A DNA stretch of 52,789 nucleotides from Candidatus Faecimonas gallistercoris (lineage in GTDB: Bacteria; Bacillota_I; Bacilli_A; RF39; UBA660): the NCBI GenBank assembly GCA_018712565.1, contig DVGU01000057.1, forward strand, positions 1 through 52,789. Direction: 5' to 3'. The position numbers were made by a program, and so were the translations under genes. Below, in pieces: positions 19,945-28,521 of the stretch (the stretch's first letter is position 1; each line of letters starts with the position of its first letter). The notes beneath the pieces were generated by a model that saw only the letters and a list, made by a program, of their open reading frames with translations, was not told the origin of the DNA and did not search any database.

Positions 19945-20247
19945 ATGTATATTACAGTAAAATCAATAAAAAGAAATTTAGGTTTTAAAGGTATCGAGGT
20001 ATCTGATATTATTATTGCTTTACCAATATTAATCTTATTTATAGTCTTATTTTGCTTTACACCACTCAAAATACCTTCTATTGTTGGATTAATGATTGGA
20101 ATTTTTTGTTTACTACCTATTAATGTTAGTAAGAAAAATAGAATGTATAAAGTAATAGGTTTAATTTTTAAATATTTATTTAGAAATAAGATATATGTAT
20201 ATCAAAGGAAAGGAGAGGTGGACAACTTTGAAAAAACAAGTAACTAA
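19945..20247 (+). CDS. PrgI/VirB3-like membrane protein
   Basis: 100 aa, two TMs, immediately before VirB4. Confidence 0.7.
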   Translation: MYITVKSIKRNLGFKGIEVSDIIIALPILILFIVLFCFTPLKIPSIVGLMIGIFCLLPINVSKKNRMYKVIGLIFKYLFRNKIYVYQRKGEVDNFEKTSN

Positions 20248-22735
20248 AGAAGAAAAAAAGAAAAAGAAAGAACATAAAGTTATAGAAAAGTTTGTTAAGA
20301 AGAAAGACAATTCAAAACAAAAATACATAACTAAAGGTGTTTTAAAAAGAAAGTTTAAAAATGCTCAAAGTTTTACCAATGCAGAAGTAGTAAATGATAA
20401 TGGAATTATAAAACTTCGTGATAATAGTTTTGCAAGAGTTTTTTCAGTTGATGCTATTGATTTATCACTAACATCAAATAATCAAAAGCAAAACTTTTTT
20501 AATCAATTAAAATTTCTTTATCAATTAAAAGGATTAAATTTAAGAATATACAAGTTAGATGATAAGATAGATCTAAATGCTAATAAAGATTACTACAATA
20601 GACTAATGGAAGAATTTGCTAATGATGAAGAAAAACTAACATTTTTAAAAGAAAGATATGATAGATTAGAAATATTAGAAGAACAAAATCTTACTACTAC
20701 AAGTAGATATTATTTTGTATTAATTAGTGATAATGATAAAGCATTAGAACATACATCAGAAGAACTAGAAATGCATTGTTACAATATGACACCTAGATTA
20801 CATATTCAAATGATTACAAATAAACTAGAGATATATCAGTTTTTGATAAACTTATATTTATCGAATGCTAATATAGAACAATTAATGTGGAGCGATTTAG
20901 TAGAACTAATCACTCCTTTTTTTATTAATGAAACAGTAGGTTATATAAAATCAGATGATACAGAAATACAAGTTGTAACAATTAAAAGATTACCACCATT
21001 TATAGATGAGTTATTTTTTGAAGAACTATTTAATGTTCCAGATACAAGATGTTGTATTCATATTAAAGATACAATACCAACTGAAGAACTGGTTAGAAGA
21101 TTAGATAGTAATTATGAATTTTTAGTTTCCGAAAGAAGCACTACTAGAAAATTATCAGATGCTACTCAAATGGATACTGAAAGAGAGAACTTTCAAGCAT
21201 TAATGACACAAATTAAAAATGGCGATGAAAAAATCAAAGAAGTTGATTTCATTATTGTAATAAGTGGTAATAGAAAACAACGTGAAGAAAAGTTAAAAGA
21301 GTTAAGAAAAATTGCTGATGTATTTCAAATTAAATTAGATGTTCCTAGAATGAGGCAAATGGAAGGTTGGCAAGCATTCGATATAACTAAAAATGGTTTT
21401 GAAGATTATCATAACTATCTTCCTAGTTTGACTTTATCAGCATCATTCCCACTTACGATTACTCATTTTAATGATGAAACAGGTTATATTTTAGGATCAG
21501 ATATTCATACAGCTTTACCAACAATATTTGATTTATTTCATAAAGATGCAACACGACCATCAAGTAATTTAGCCATAATTGCATCAACTGGTGGTGGTAA
21601 AAGTTTTACATTAAAGAAAATGATTATTAATGAAATTAATCGTGGTAATTCTTGCTTTTTGTTTGATGCAGAGGGCGAGTATGAAAAGTTAGTTAGGAAA
21701 AATAAGGGAGAGTATATTGATATGTATTCTTCTAGTGGTGGTATCATTAATCCACTACAAGTAAGATTTCTTCCTAGTGATAAAGAAGAAAAAGAAGATG
21801 GCGATATAAATTCAATTAATTATGAAGATTGTCCTCTTGCTAAACATCTAGGATCACTAGAAACATTTATTAAATGTGCCTTTGAAGAAATAAAAGAAAG
21901 TGAAGTAGTAGTTATGCTAGATATGATTGAAAAACTATATAAAAGGTTTGGTATAACTAAAAATACAAAAATATCTAGGTTAGAGAAATTAGAAAATACT
22001 GATTATCCAATATTTTCCGACTTGATAGAATTTCTACCAGATTATCGTAATATGATTACTAACCCAGAACAATTAAAAATAGTTGATAAGTTAGAGATAT
22101 TGTTAGATAGATTTAAAGTTGGAACTGATGCAATGTTATTTAATGGTTATACATCAGTAAATCTTGATGCTAACTTAATTGCATTTAATGTAAAGGACTT
22201 GCTATATAGTAAAAACAAAAGAATTATAACTACTCAGTTAGTAAATTTACTTACTTATCTAAATAATATTATCGTAAGAAATAAGATAGTAAATGATAAA
22301 GAAAAAGATAAAAAGAGAATTAAAAATATTGCAGTAGTAGTAGATGAGTTTCACTTATATTTAAAGAATACTGATAGTGAGGTATTGCTTACCTTTGAAC
22401 AAATTGCAAGAAGAATTAGAAAGTATCACGGGGCATTTATTCCAGCAACTCAAAGTATTCATGACTTTTTAGGAGATGATGATTCAGTTAGGAGTGCTAC
22501 AGCAATCTTTAATAATTGTCAGTATCAATTAGTTGGAATGCTAAAAGAAGATGACTTAACAACTTATTTAAAATTATTCTATCAAAACCCATTAACTGAT
22601 ACACAAAAAGAATTTTTAATGCAAGCAGAGATGGGAGAGTTTTTGCTTACGATTAATTCGAAGAATAGAATAAGAGTTAAAATTGTTGCTACACCACTTG
22701 AAGTTGAACTGATGGGAGAAGAAGTTAAAGTATGA
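20228..22735 (+). CDS. virB4: VirB4-family conjugation ATPase
   Basis: Walker A ASTGGGKS, FDAEGEY, INPL, Walker B VVDEFH, RIRKY, ATQS; probable TTG start at 20228 after GGAGAGGTG. Confidence 0.92.
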   Translation: MKKQVTKEEKKKKKEHKVIEKFVKKKDNSKQKYITKGVLKRKFKNAQSFTNAEVVNDNGIIKLRDNSFARVFSVDAIDLSLTSNNQKQNFFNQLKFLYQLKGLNLRIYKLDDKIDLNANKDYYNRLMEEFANDEEKLTFLKERYDRLEILEEQNLTTTSRYYFVLISDNDKALEHTSEELEMHCYNMTPRLHIQMITNKLEIYQFLINLYLSNANIEQLMWSDLVELITPFFINETVGYIKSDDTEIQVVTIKRLPPFIDELFFEELFNVPDTRCCIHIKDTIPTEELVRRLDSNYEFLVSERSTTRKLSDATQMDTERENFQALMTQIKNGDEKIKEVDFIIVISGNRKQREEKLKELRKIADVFQIKLDVPRMRQMEGWQAFDITKNGFEDYHNYLPSLTLSASFPLTITHFNDETGYILGSDIHTALPTIFDLFHKDATRPSSNLAIIASTGGGKSFTLKKMIINEINRGNSCFLFDAEGEYEKLVRKNKGEYIDMYSSSGGIINPLQVRFLPSDKEEKEDGDINSINYEDCPLAKHLGSLETFIKCAFEEIKESEVVVMLDMIEKLYKRFGITKNTKISRLEKLENTDYPIFSDLIEFLPDYRNMITNPEQLKIVDKLEILLDRFKVGTDAMLFNGYTSVNLDANLIAFNVKDLLYSKNKRIITTQLVNLLTYLNNIIVRNKIVNDKEKDKKRIKNIAVVVDEFHLYLKNTDSEVLLTFEQIARRIRKYHGAFIPATQSIHDFLGDDDSVRSATAIFNNCQYQLVGMLKEDDLTTYLKLFYQNPLTDTQKEFLMQAEMGEFLLTINSKNRIRVKIVATPLEVELMGEEVKV

Positions 22736-22914
22736 AACGATTAAGTGGTCGGCAGTTAAGAAAAGAGTTTAAGAAGATATACTTTGATGAGTTTGATGAT
22801 CCAAATGAATCTTTTATGGATTTCTTGTTAGACTTAATTCCAAAGAAAATATTAATAGAAATTATTTCAAAAGGGGAACATTATTATTCCTCTATTTTTA
22901 GTAAGTATAAATAA
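22732..22914 (+). CDS. Small hypothetical protein
   Basis: Start and stop overlap both neighbours. Confidence 0.65.
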   Translation: MKRLSGRQLRKEFKKIYFDEFDDPNESFMDFLLDLIPKKILIEIISKGEHYYSSIFSKYK

Positions 22915-23840
22915 TGAATAAAGGTAAAAAGAAAAACATTATTCTAAAAATTATTGGTGGTAGTACCATTTTGTCGGTAGCTTTTGCAATGGTTATTTTA
23001 ATTTGTGTGCTAATGATTTTTGATTTTTTTGGAACAAAACTTACAAAAGAAAAAGTTCAACACAATGAAGAATATGCAGATGCTTATAAGACTGCACTTA
23101 ATACATATCTAAAAGATGGATACGTTCCACTACAAAGACTATTATATTTTTATTTGGAAGATTCAACATTGACGCTAGATATTCTATATACAATGAATCA
23201 AAATAAAGAGGCAAAAACTGCTAGAGAAATAGAAAGTGTTTGTGAAGATCAAAGGGTAAAAAATATGACTGCTTGCACTAATGTTAATATAGAAGAAAAT
23301 AAAGATTATCTTGTAGTAAGTACAGGACATTTCAATTTTCCGTTAAAAAGTGAGTTTACTGTAACAAGTTTCTTTAATGAACAAAGAACAGTATATGGAG
23401 AAAGTAATACTCACAATGGTTGGGATTTAGCAGTACCAGCTCAAACACCAGTCTATTCAGTTTGTGATGGAGTGGTTGAAAAAGTAAACTTTACTCAAGA
23501 TTCTAATCTTCCTTACGACCAAAGTGGAAATAGTGTTGGCAATACAATTACCTTAAAATGTGATAGTGATTATGATGAAACTTATTATGTAATATTCGCT
23601 CATCTTTATCCTAATAGTGCAAAAGTTAGAGAAGGAGATACAGTAAGTCATTGGACACAAGTTGCAACTGCTGGAACTACTGGTTACTCAACTGGTAATC
23701 ATTTACATTATCAAGTGGAAAATGAAAATAGAGAATTAGTTGATGGAATGCAGTTAATTGATTTTACATTAAGTAGTTCATCAGACTTTAATGACTTTAA
23801 AAATCCTAATACTGGTTTTAGACCACCACTTGGAAATTAA
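22914..23840 (+). CDS. M23 peptidase, conjugative cell-wall hydrolase
   Basis: N-terminal TM, HNGWD (HxxxD), STGNHLH (HxH). Confidence 0.9.
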   Translation: MNKGKKKNIILKIIGGSTILSVAFAMVILICVLMIFDFFGTKLTKEKVQHNEEYADAYKTALNTYLKDGYVPLQRLLYFYLEDSTLTLDILYTMNQNKEAKTAREIESVCEDQRVKNMTACTNVNIEENKDYLVVSTGHFNFPLKSEFTVTSFFNEQRTVYGESNTHNGWDLAVPAQTPVYSVCDGVVEKVNFTQDSNLPYDQSGNSVGNTITLKCDSDYDETYYVIFAHLYPNSAKVREGDTVSHWTQVATAGTTGYSTGNHLHYQVENENRELVDGMQLIDFTLSSSSDFNDFKNPNTGFRPPLGN

Positions 23841-23859
23841 AGGAAGCACATTTATAATG

Positions 23860-24125
23860 GCTATTTTATGATGGTAGCCACTTTTAAAGAAAAAGGTAGC
23901 CACAATATTTGTTGATATTAAAGGTATTTTTTATATAGGGTAGCCACTTTTGTTATTAAAAGTAGTCATTTTTGCAAGTGCAAAAATAGTAAGACACCAC
24001 TATTTTCCCTTTATGCCATAAGGAATAAAAGGATTTGTGGTGTCGTTCTTCTTATGCCCATTAAAAATATGCAATATTTTTATTAAGAAAAATACCTTAA
24101 AAAAGTAGAAAGTGGCTACCTATAA
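23860..24125. other. Candidate oriT
   Basis: Intergenic region before the RHH/relaxase operon. GGTAGCCAC at 23873, 23895 and 23939 plus an inverted copy at 24109-24120; IR ATTTTTGCA-AG-TGCAAAAAT (23968-23987); IR GACACCAC/GTGGTGTC (23993-24044). Confidence 0.65.
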
Positions 24126-24147
24126 ATTAAAGAAAGGAGTTTGTAAA

Positions 24148-24354
24148 ATGGTAAAAGGTTTAGTTAGAACTACATTAAGAATTGATAATAATTTAAAAAC
24201 TAGAATAGAACTTTTAGCAGTTAAAAATAATTTAAGTTTCAATAAAATGCTAACTTATCTAATAGAACTTGGCTATAATTCCTACATGGAAAAATTTGAT
24301 AAGTATTACGAAATACAAAATAAAAAAATTGAAAGAGAGGAAGAAGATGAATAA
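24148..24354 (+). CDS. Ribbon-helix-helix DNA-binding protein
   Basis: VRTTLRIDNNLKTRIELLAVKNNLSFNKML; GAAAGGAG RBS. Confidence 0.8.
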   Translation: MVKGLVRTTLRIDNNLKTRIELLAVKNNLSFNKMLTYLIELGYNSYMEKFDKYYEIQNKKIEREEEDE

Positions 24355-24811
24355 GACTAGAATTTATACAGATGAAGAAATAAGAGTTTTATTAAGTAAT
24401 CCTAATGTTGTTAGAATTAGAAATAAAAGTCAGATACTTTATAAAAATAGTTTTAAACTTTGGGCTGTTAAAGAAAAATTATCTCATAGCGAAAAGACTG
24501 CAAAAGAAATATTTACTGAAGGTAAGTTTGATGTAAATATGTTAGATGACAGAACTCCACAAAAAAGGTTAAACTCATGGATGAAGAAATATAAAATATT
24601 TGGAGAAGATTATTTTTCTGATTCTAAATCTCATTATCAAACAAAAGGAACAATTTTTGATAAAGATAAAGCAGAACATAACTTTGTAAATTATGTTAGA
24701 AAAGCAGTACATAATCCAAAGTTTGTAGCATTCATAATTGATAGAGATGAAAAAAATAATCTTCGTATAACTAATTTAGTGAGTATTGAAGATGAAAAAA
24801 CTAACAGTTAG
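24347..24811 (+). CDS. Protein with IS3-family OrfA-like HTH domain
   Basis: YTDEEIRVLLSNPNV...YKNSFK..AV...EIF...FD...RLNSWMKKY...G pattern; no OrfB follows. Confidence 0.65.
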   Translation: MNKTRIYTDEEIRVLLSNPNVVRIRNKSQILYKNSFKLWAVKEKLSHSEKTAKEIFTEGKFDVNMLDDRTPQKRLNSWMKKYKIFGEDYFSDSKSHYQTKGTIFDKDKAEHNFVNYVRKAVHNPKFVAFIIDRDEKNNLRITNLVSIEDEKTNS

Positions 24812-25121
24812 ATTAGAAGATTATATTTATGATAGACTTTATCTTGTAGCAAATGATAATACCACATCAGTAAATAAAGTTGTGGCTAGTATTTTAGAAA
24901 AATATATTAACGAGCCAAGAGAAATTAATTATTTAAAAGAAATAGATGAAAAATTAAAGAATATAGATGATAAGTTAGAAAAAATTTCTAAAAGACAATA
25001 TAAGCATTTTAAATTATCTCAACAACACTTTGCTAACTTTGGCTACTTATCAAATGCTGATATAAAAGAAGATAAATGTCTTAATGAAATATTAAATAGT
25101 AAGGACTCTTTCAATGAGTAA
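24792..25121 (+). CDS. RHH relaxosome accessory protein
   Basis: KKLTVRLEDYIYDRL...SVNKVVASILEKY followed by a coiled coil; overlaps the relaxase start. Confidence 0.75.
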   Translation: MKKLTVRLEDYIYDRLYLVANDNTTSVNKVVASILEKYINEPREINYLKEIDEKLKNIDDKLEKISKRQYKHFKLSQQHFANFGYLSNADIKEDKCLNEILNSKDSFNE

Positions 25122-26478
25122 AAAAAGTCCTAATGTTGTATTTAAAGGTAGATACAGTCTAGCACTTACTTGTAGAGATAATAAAAACAAATCATTAAAT
25201 TATAAAGAAGAAAGATTAAAAGATGTTGATGACATGATTGATTATTATTCTGATGAAAAGAAAAAAACAGTTGGAATGTTTGAATATTATATGGGGCATA
25301 CAAGAAACGAAAAATATAATCTTGTAATGGAAAATGGGTCTTATGCTACTAAACAAGATATAGCAAAAATTAAAACTAATTATAAAAAGTATATTGAAAA
25401 CTCAAATCTTTGGAAAGGCATCTTAAGTTTTAAAAAAGAATATCTTGATGAAAATATAGACATAAAAACATTAGAACAAAAGATAGCTAAAGAGGTAATG
25501 CCTCAATTTTTAAAGTATTGTGGTTTTAAGGATATGAAAAATATGAGTTTTGTTTTTGCAATACATACTAATAGAAAACATCAGCCACACATTCATTTTG
25601 CTTTTATTGAAAAAAAGCCAAATTACTTATATTGCGATAATAAAGTTAATTATAGAAGAAAAGGTAAAATAAGTCTTGATGAGCAAAGGTATTTAAAAAG
25701 ATTAGTGGAACTTGCTATTGAAAGAGAGAAATATTATACTCCATTACTTAAGAAAACTAATGAAGATATTGATTATTTAAAATCATATTTTAATCCAAAA
25801 GAAAAAAATTTTGCATTAAGAAATGTAAATGAGATTTATGTTGAAGAAGATATTTTAAAACTAGGAGAGTTAATAAAGAAATATCGTGAGCAAAATAATC
25901 AAACATCTAAAAAAGTAAAATATAATTCTATTAAAGATAATGAACTTGGTAAAGAAATCAAGACTTTGACTAAAAGAATTAAATCATATCTTTTTAATGA
26001 TGAAACATCTATTTTGTATGCTAGTAGAAAAGATATAAATAAAGATTTAGAAAAACTTAATGACTATTTTGATACTTTAAATAAAAATAATAATGTTAAA
26101 GAGTTAGTGGCAGATAATAGTATTGTTAATAAAAAAGAAGAATATATTGATAACTATATTTATAATTCAATAGTAAATCATGCTTTATATAAATATAATC
26201 ATATTTCTATGTATGTAAAAAATAAGAATAATACTGATAAAATCACTATTGATGATTTAATACAAGAAGTTGTTTATCAAAATAGTAAACGAAATAATTT
26301 TAGTGATAAGCAAAGAAGAAAGCAAGTGTTATATAATTATTTTAAAGGTAATAGTTATATTTCTAGATTTCCTAGTAAGCATAAAATAGAGAAAGCCATA
26401 AAAAATATTAATTATGAAATGGAAAAAGCATCACAAGAGTTTAGTAAATTATTCAATTATGATGATAAAACTAAATAA
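25114..26478 (+). CDS. HUH relaxase, MobL-like
   Basis: N-terminal tyrosines (MIDYYS, MFEYY), LWKGILSF, HTNRKHQPHIHFAF three-His motif. Confidence 0.85.
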   Translation: MSKKSPNVVFKGRYSLALTCRDNKNKSLNYKEERLKDVDDMIDYYSDEKKKTVGMFEYYMGHTRNEKYNLVMENGSYATKQDIAKIKTNYKKYIENSNLWKGILSFKKEYLDENIDIKTLEQKIAKEVMPQFLKYCGFKDMKNMSFVFAIHTNRKHQPHIHFAFIEKKPNYLYCDNKVNYRRKGKISLDEQRYLKRLVELAIEREKYYTPLLKKTNEDIDYLKSYFNPKEKNFALRNVNEIYVEEDILKLGELIKKYREQNNQTSKKVKYNSIKDNELGKEIKTLTKRIKSYLFNDETSILYASRKDINKDLEKLNDYFDTLNKNNNVKELVADNSIVNKKEEYIDNYIYNSIVNHALYKYNHISMYVKNKNNTDKITIDDLIQEVVYQNSKRNNFSDKQRRKQVLYNYFKGNSYISRFPSKHKIEKAIKNINYEMEKASQEFSKLFNYDDKTK

Positions 26479-26534
26479 CCTATGATATAATATTATCAGA
26501 TAGATAAATAGTAATTTGAAAGTGAGGAAATTTT

Positions 26535-26915
26535 ATGAAAGAATCAAAAGTAATAACATTTATCGGAGGATTCTATATATTTGGAGGTATTATTATATTA
26601 TTATCATTAATATTTAATGGTAGTGCTTTAAATATAGCTTTTGATTTGCCTAATGTACCAGATTATATCGTTAAGTTAATAGTAAGTCTTATATATATAC
26701 CATTAGGCTATTTATATATTAATAGAATTAAAAATTCAAATTGGGTTGTATTAGTATTAGCAATAATTTTTGGTTGTATTAGTGCTTCTTTAACAACAAA
26801 ATATAACACACAGCCATTTATAGGAAATTTGGTATATTCTTGCTTTGTAATAGTTATGACTTTCTTAAAAAGAAAAGAATTTAAAAATGGTTTAAAAACT
26901 CTATTGAAAAAATAA
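26535..26915 (+). CDS. Hypothetical membrane protein (four TM)
   Basis: Hydrophobic ORF with its own TG-n-TATAAT at about 26483-26491. Confidence 0.75.
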   Translation: MKESKVITFIGGFYIFGGIIILLSLIFNGSALNIAFDLPNVPDYIVKLIVSLIYIPLGYLYINRIKNSNWVVLVLAIIFGCISASLTTKYNTQPFIGNLVYSCFVIVMTFLKRKEFKNGLKTLLKK

Positions 26916-26988
26916 TAAAAAAATCTTGAGCATTTAGTATTTGTTTTACTATTACAGTGTGGTAAAATTATAATTGGAGGTGTATTTC

Positions 26989-27228
26989 ATGGAAAAGAAA
27001 CAAGTAAAGAAAATTGTAGCAATGGGAGTATCTTTAGTAGTTCTACTTATTCTTGGAATTATTTACTCACTTGTTTTCAATGATGGACGTTGGGTTAAAG
27101 AAATGTATATGCCAGATTATATTTTTTCTGTAAAAGATATTCCAATGTTTATTATTGGAGCACTGATAATTATATATGTTATTTATGTTTTAGTTGTTTG
27201 CATTAAAAATGCAAAAAATAAAAAGTAA
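26989..27228 (+). CDS. Small membrane protein, possibly truncated
   Basis: GGAGGTG RBS, two TMs. Confidence 0.65.
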   Translation: MEKKQVKKIVAMGVSLVVLLILGIIYSLVFNDGRWVKEMYMPDYIFSVKDIPMFIIGALIIIYVIYVLVVCIKNAKNKK

Positions 27229-27250
27229 TACAAATTACAATTTATCGAGG

Positions 27251-27283
27251 AGATCAACTTAATATAGTTAGTTGGTCTTTTTT
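27251..27283 (+). terminator. Rho-independent terminator
   Basis: AGATCAACT...AGTTGGTCT stem followed by T run. Confidence 0.7.
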
Positions 27284-27304
27284 ATTGTGAAGAAAGGAAG
27301 GATT

Positions 27305-27442
27305 ATGATAAAGATTATTTTAATGGCAATAGGAGTGTTCTTATTGCTTTTTTTATATTGTGCTTGTGTTATATCAAGCAAGTGTTCAAGAGAGGAGGAA
27401 AAAGATGAACAGTTTAGAAAGATACAAAATGTTATCAAATGA
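27305..27442 (+). CDS. 45-aa membrane peptide
   Basis: GAAAGGAAGG RBS; MIKIILMAIGVFLLLFLYCACVISSKCSREEEKDEQFRKIQNVIK. Below the ORF-track cutoff. Confidence 0.65.
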   Translation: MIKIILMAIGVFLLLFLYCACVISSKCSREEEKDEQFRKIQNVIK

Positions 27443-27741
27443 AGATAAATCTAATTTAACAATTTATAGTATTTATGACAGCATTTATGATGTTGCAAAA
27501 AATGAAGATATTAATATAAGTGATGATATAGTTACTGATATTAAAGAACTAGCTTATGACTTATATCTTGATGATGAATACATGAATTTATCTGCACCTC
27601 AAATTGCTTTTTTCTTAACAGAGTGCTATGCAAAAGATAATTCTTTTATGGATAAAGTTGCTGATATGGATTACTCTGACATTTTTACAAGCAGTTGATA
27701 ATGATAATTATGATTTTTATCAAGATGAAATGGAAAGATAA
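27405..27741 (+). CDS. Acidic hypothetical protein; stops at 27698 as given, ends DEMER at 27741 if one T is removed from the run at 27682-27686
   Basis: GAGGAGG RBS; the repaired frame reads DILQAVDNDNYDFYQDEMER-stop, 2 nt before the next ATG. Confidence 0.75.
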
Positions 27742-27743
27742 TT

Positions 27744-27881
27744 ATGTTTAAAAAGTTTAAGATATTATGGAGAAATTTTTGGGGTAGTAGATATTGGATA
27801 TATGAAGATGAAACTTTAACTAAAGAATTACTTATATATCATAGAAAAATATATGTTAAGGAAATAAAGGAGGGAAAATAA
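27744..27881 (+). CDS. 45-aa hypothetical protein
   Basis: MFKKFKILWRNFWGSRYWIYEDETLTKELLIYHRKIYVKEIKEGK fills the gap between two genes exactly. Confidence 0.55.
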   Translation: MFKKFKILWRNFWGSRYWIYEDETLTKELLIYHRKIYVKEIKEGK

Positions 27882-27882
27882 C

Positions 27883-28158
27883 ATGGATTTTTCAAAATTA
27901 AATTTAGAATTTGCTAATATGCAAAAAACAGTCGAAGATTATAACAAGATAATTACTTTGATTAATATGAGGATTAAAGATAATTTAAGGACTGTCAGTA
28001 AATACGAAACGAAAATGAAAAATACAAAAAATAAATTAGAGAAAGATTTAGCACATTTATATATAACATCAATTAAATGTGAAACTGAATTTTTAGAAAG
28101 TTTAGTAAAGGAGGATAAAAATAATGAACGAGAATCAGGGAATACTAAAAATGTATAA
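27883..28158 (+). CDS. Coiled-coil hypothetical protein
   Basis: AAGGAGG RBS. Confidence 0.75.
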   Translation: MDFSKLNLEFANMQKTVEDYNKIITLINMRIKDNLRTVSKYETKMKNTKNKLEKDLAHLYITSIKCETEFLESLVKEDKNNERESGNTKNV

Positions 28159-28519
28159 TGAAGAAGAAATAAAACAATTACTTAATAGTAACGAAAGGTT
28201 AGTATATATTGATGATGGGACTGATGAAATAGTAGCAAGGTATGAAGATTTACCAGATATTATTGTAGATGTAAATGAAAAACTTGGTCATACTGAAAAT
28301 TTAAAAGTATATGATTTTGATAATCAACTTCTTGATAAACCTATTTTAACAACAATAGGTTATTTTTTGGATAAATGTGATCCAAAAGTAAGAGAAGATA
28401 TTATTGATAGATTAGTTAACTTACAAACTGGAGTAGAACAAATGAAAGATTATAAAGTAATTGATGAAGATATGCTATTTGATGTTAGAATTGCCATGGA
28501 TGAAGAAATGGAAAGATAA
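28124..28519 (+). CDS. Acidic hypothetical protein ending EEMER
   Basis: AAGGAGG RBS, C-terminal tag. Confidence 0.8.
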   Translation: MNENQGILKMYNEEEIKQLLNSNERLVYIDDGTDEIVARYEDLPDIIVDVNEKLGHTENLKVYDFDNQLLDKPILTTIGYFLDKCDPKVREDIIDRLVNLQTGVEQMKDYKVIDEDMLFDVRIAMDEEMER

Positions 28520-28521
28520 GT

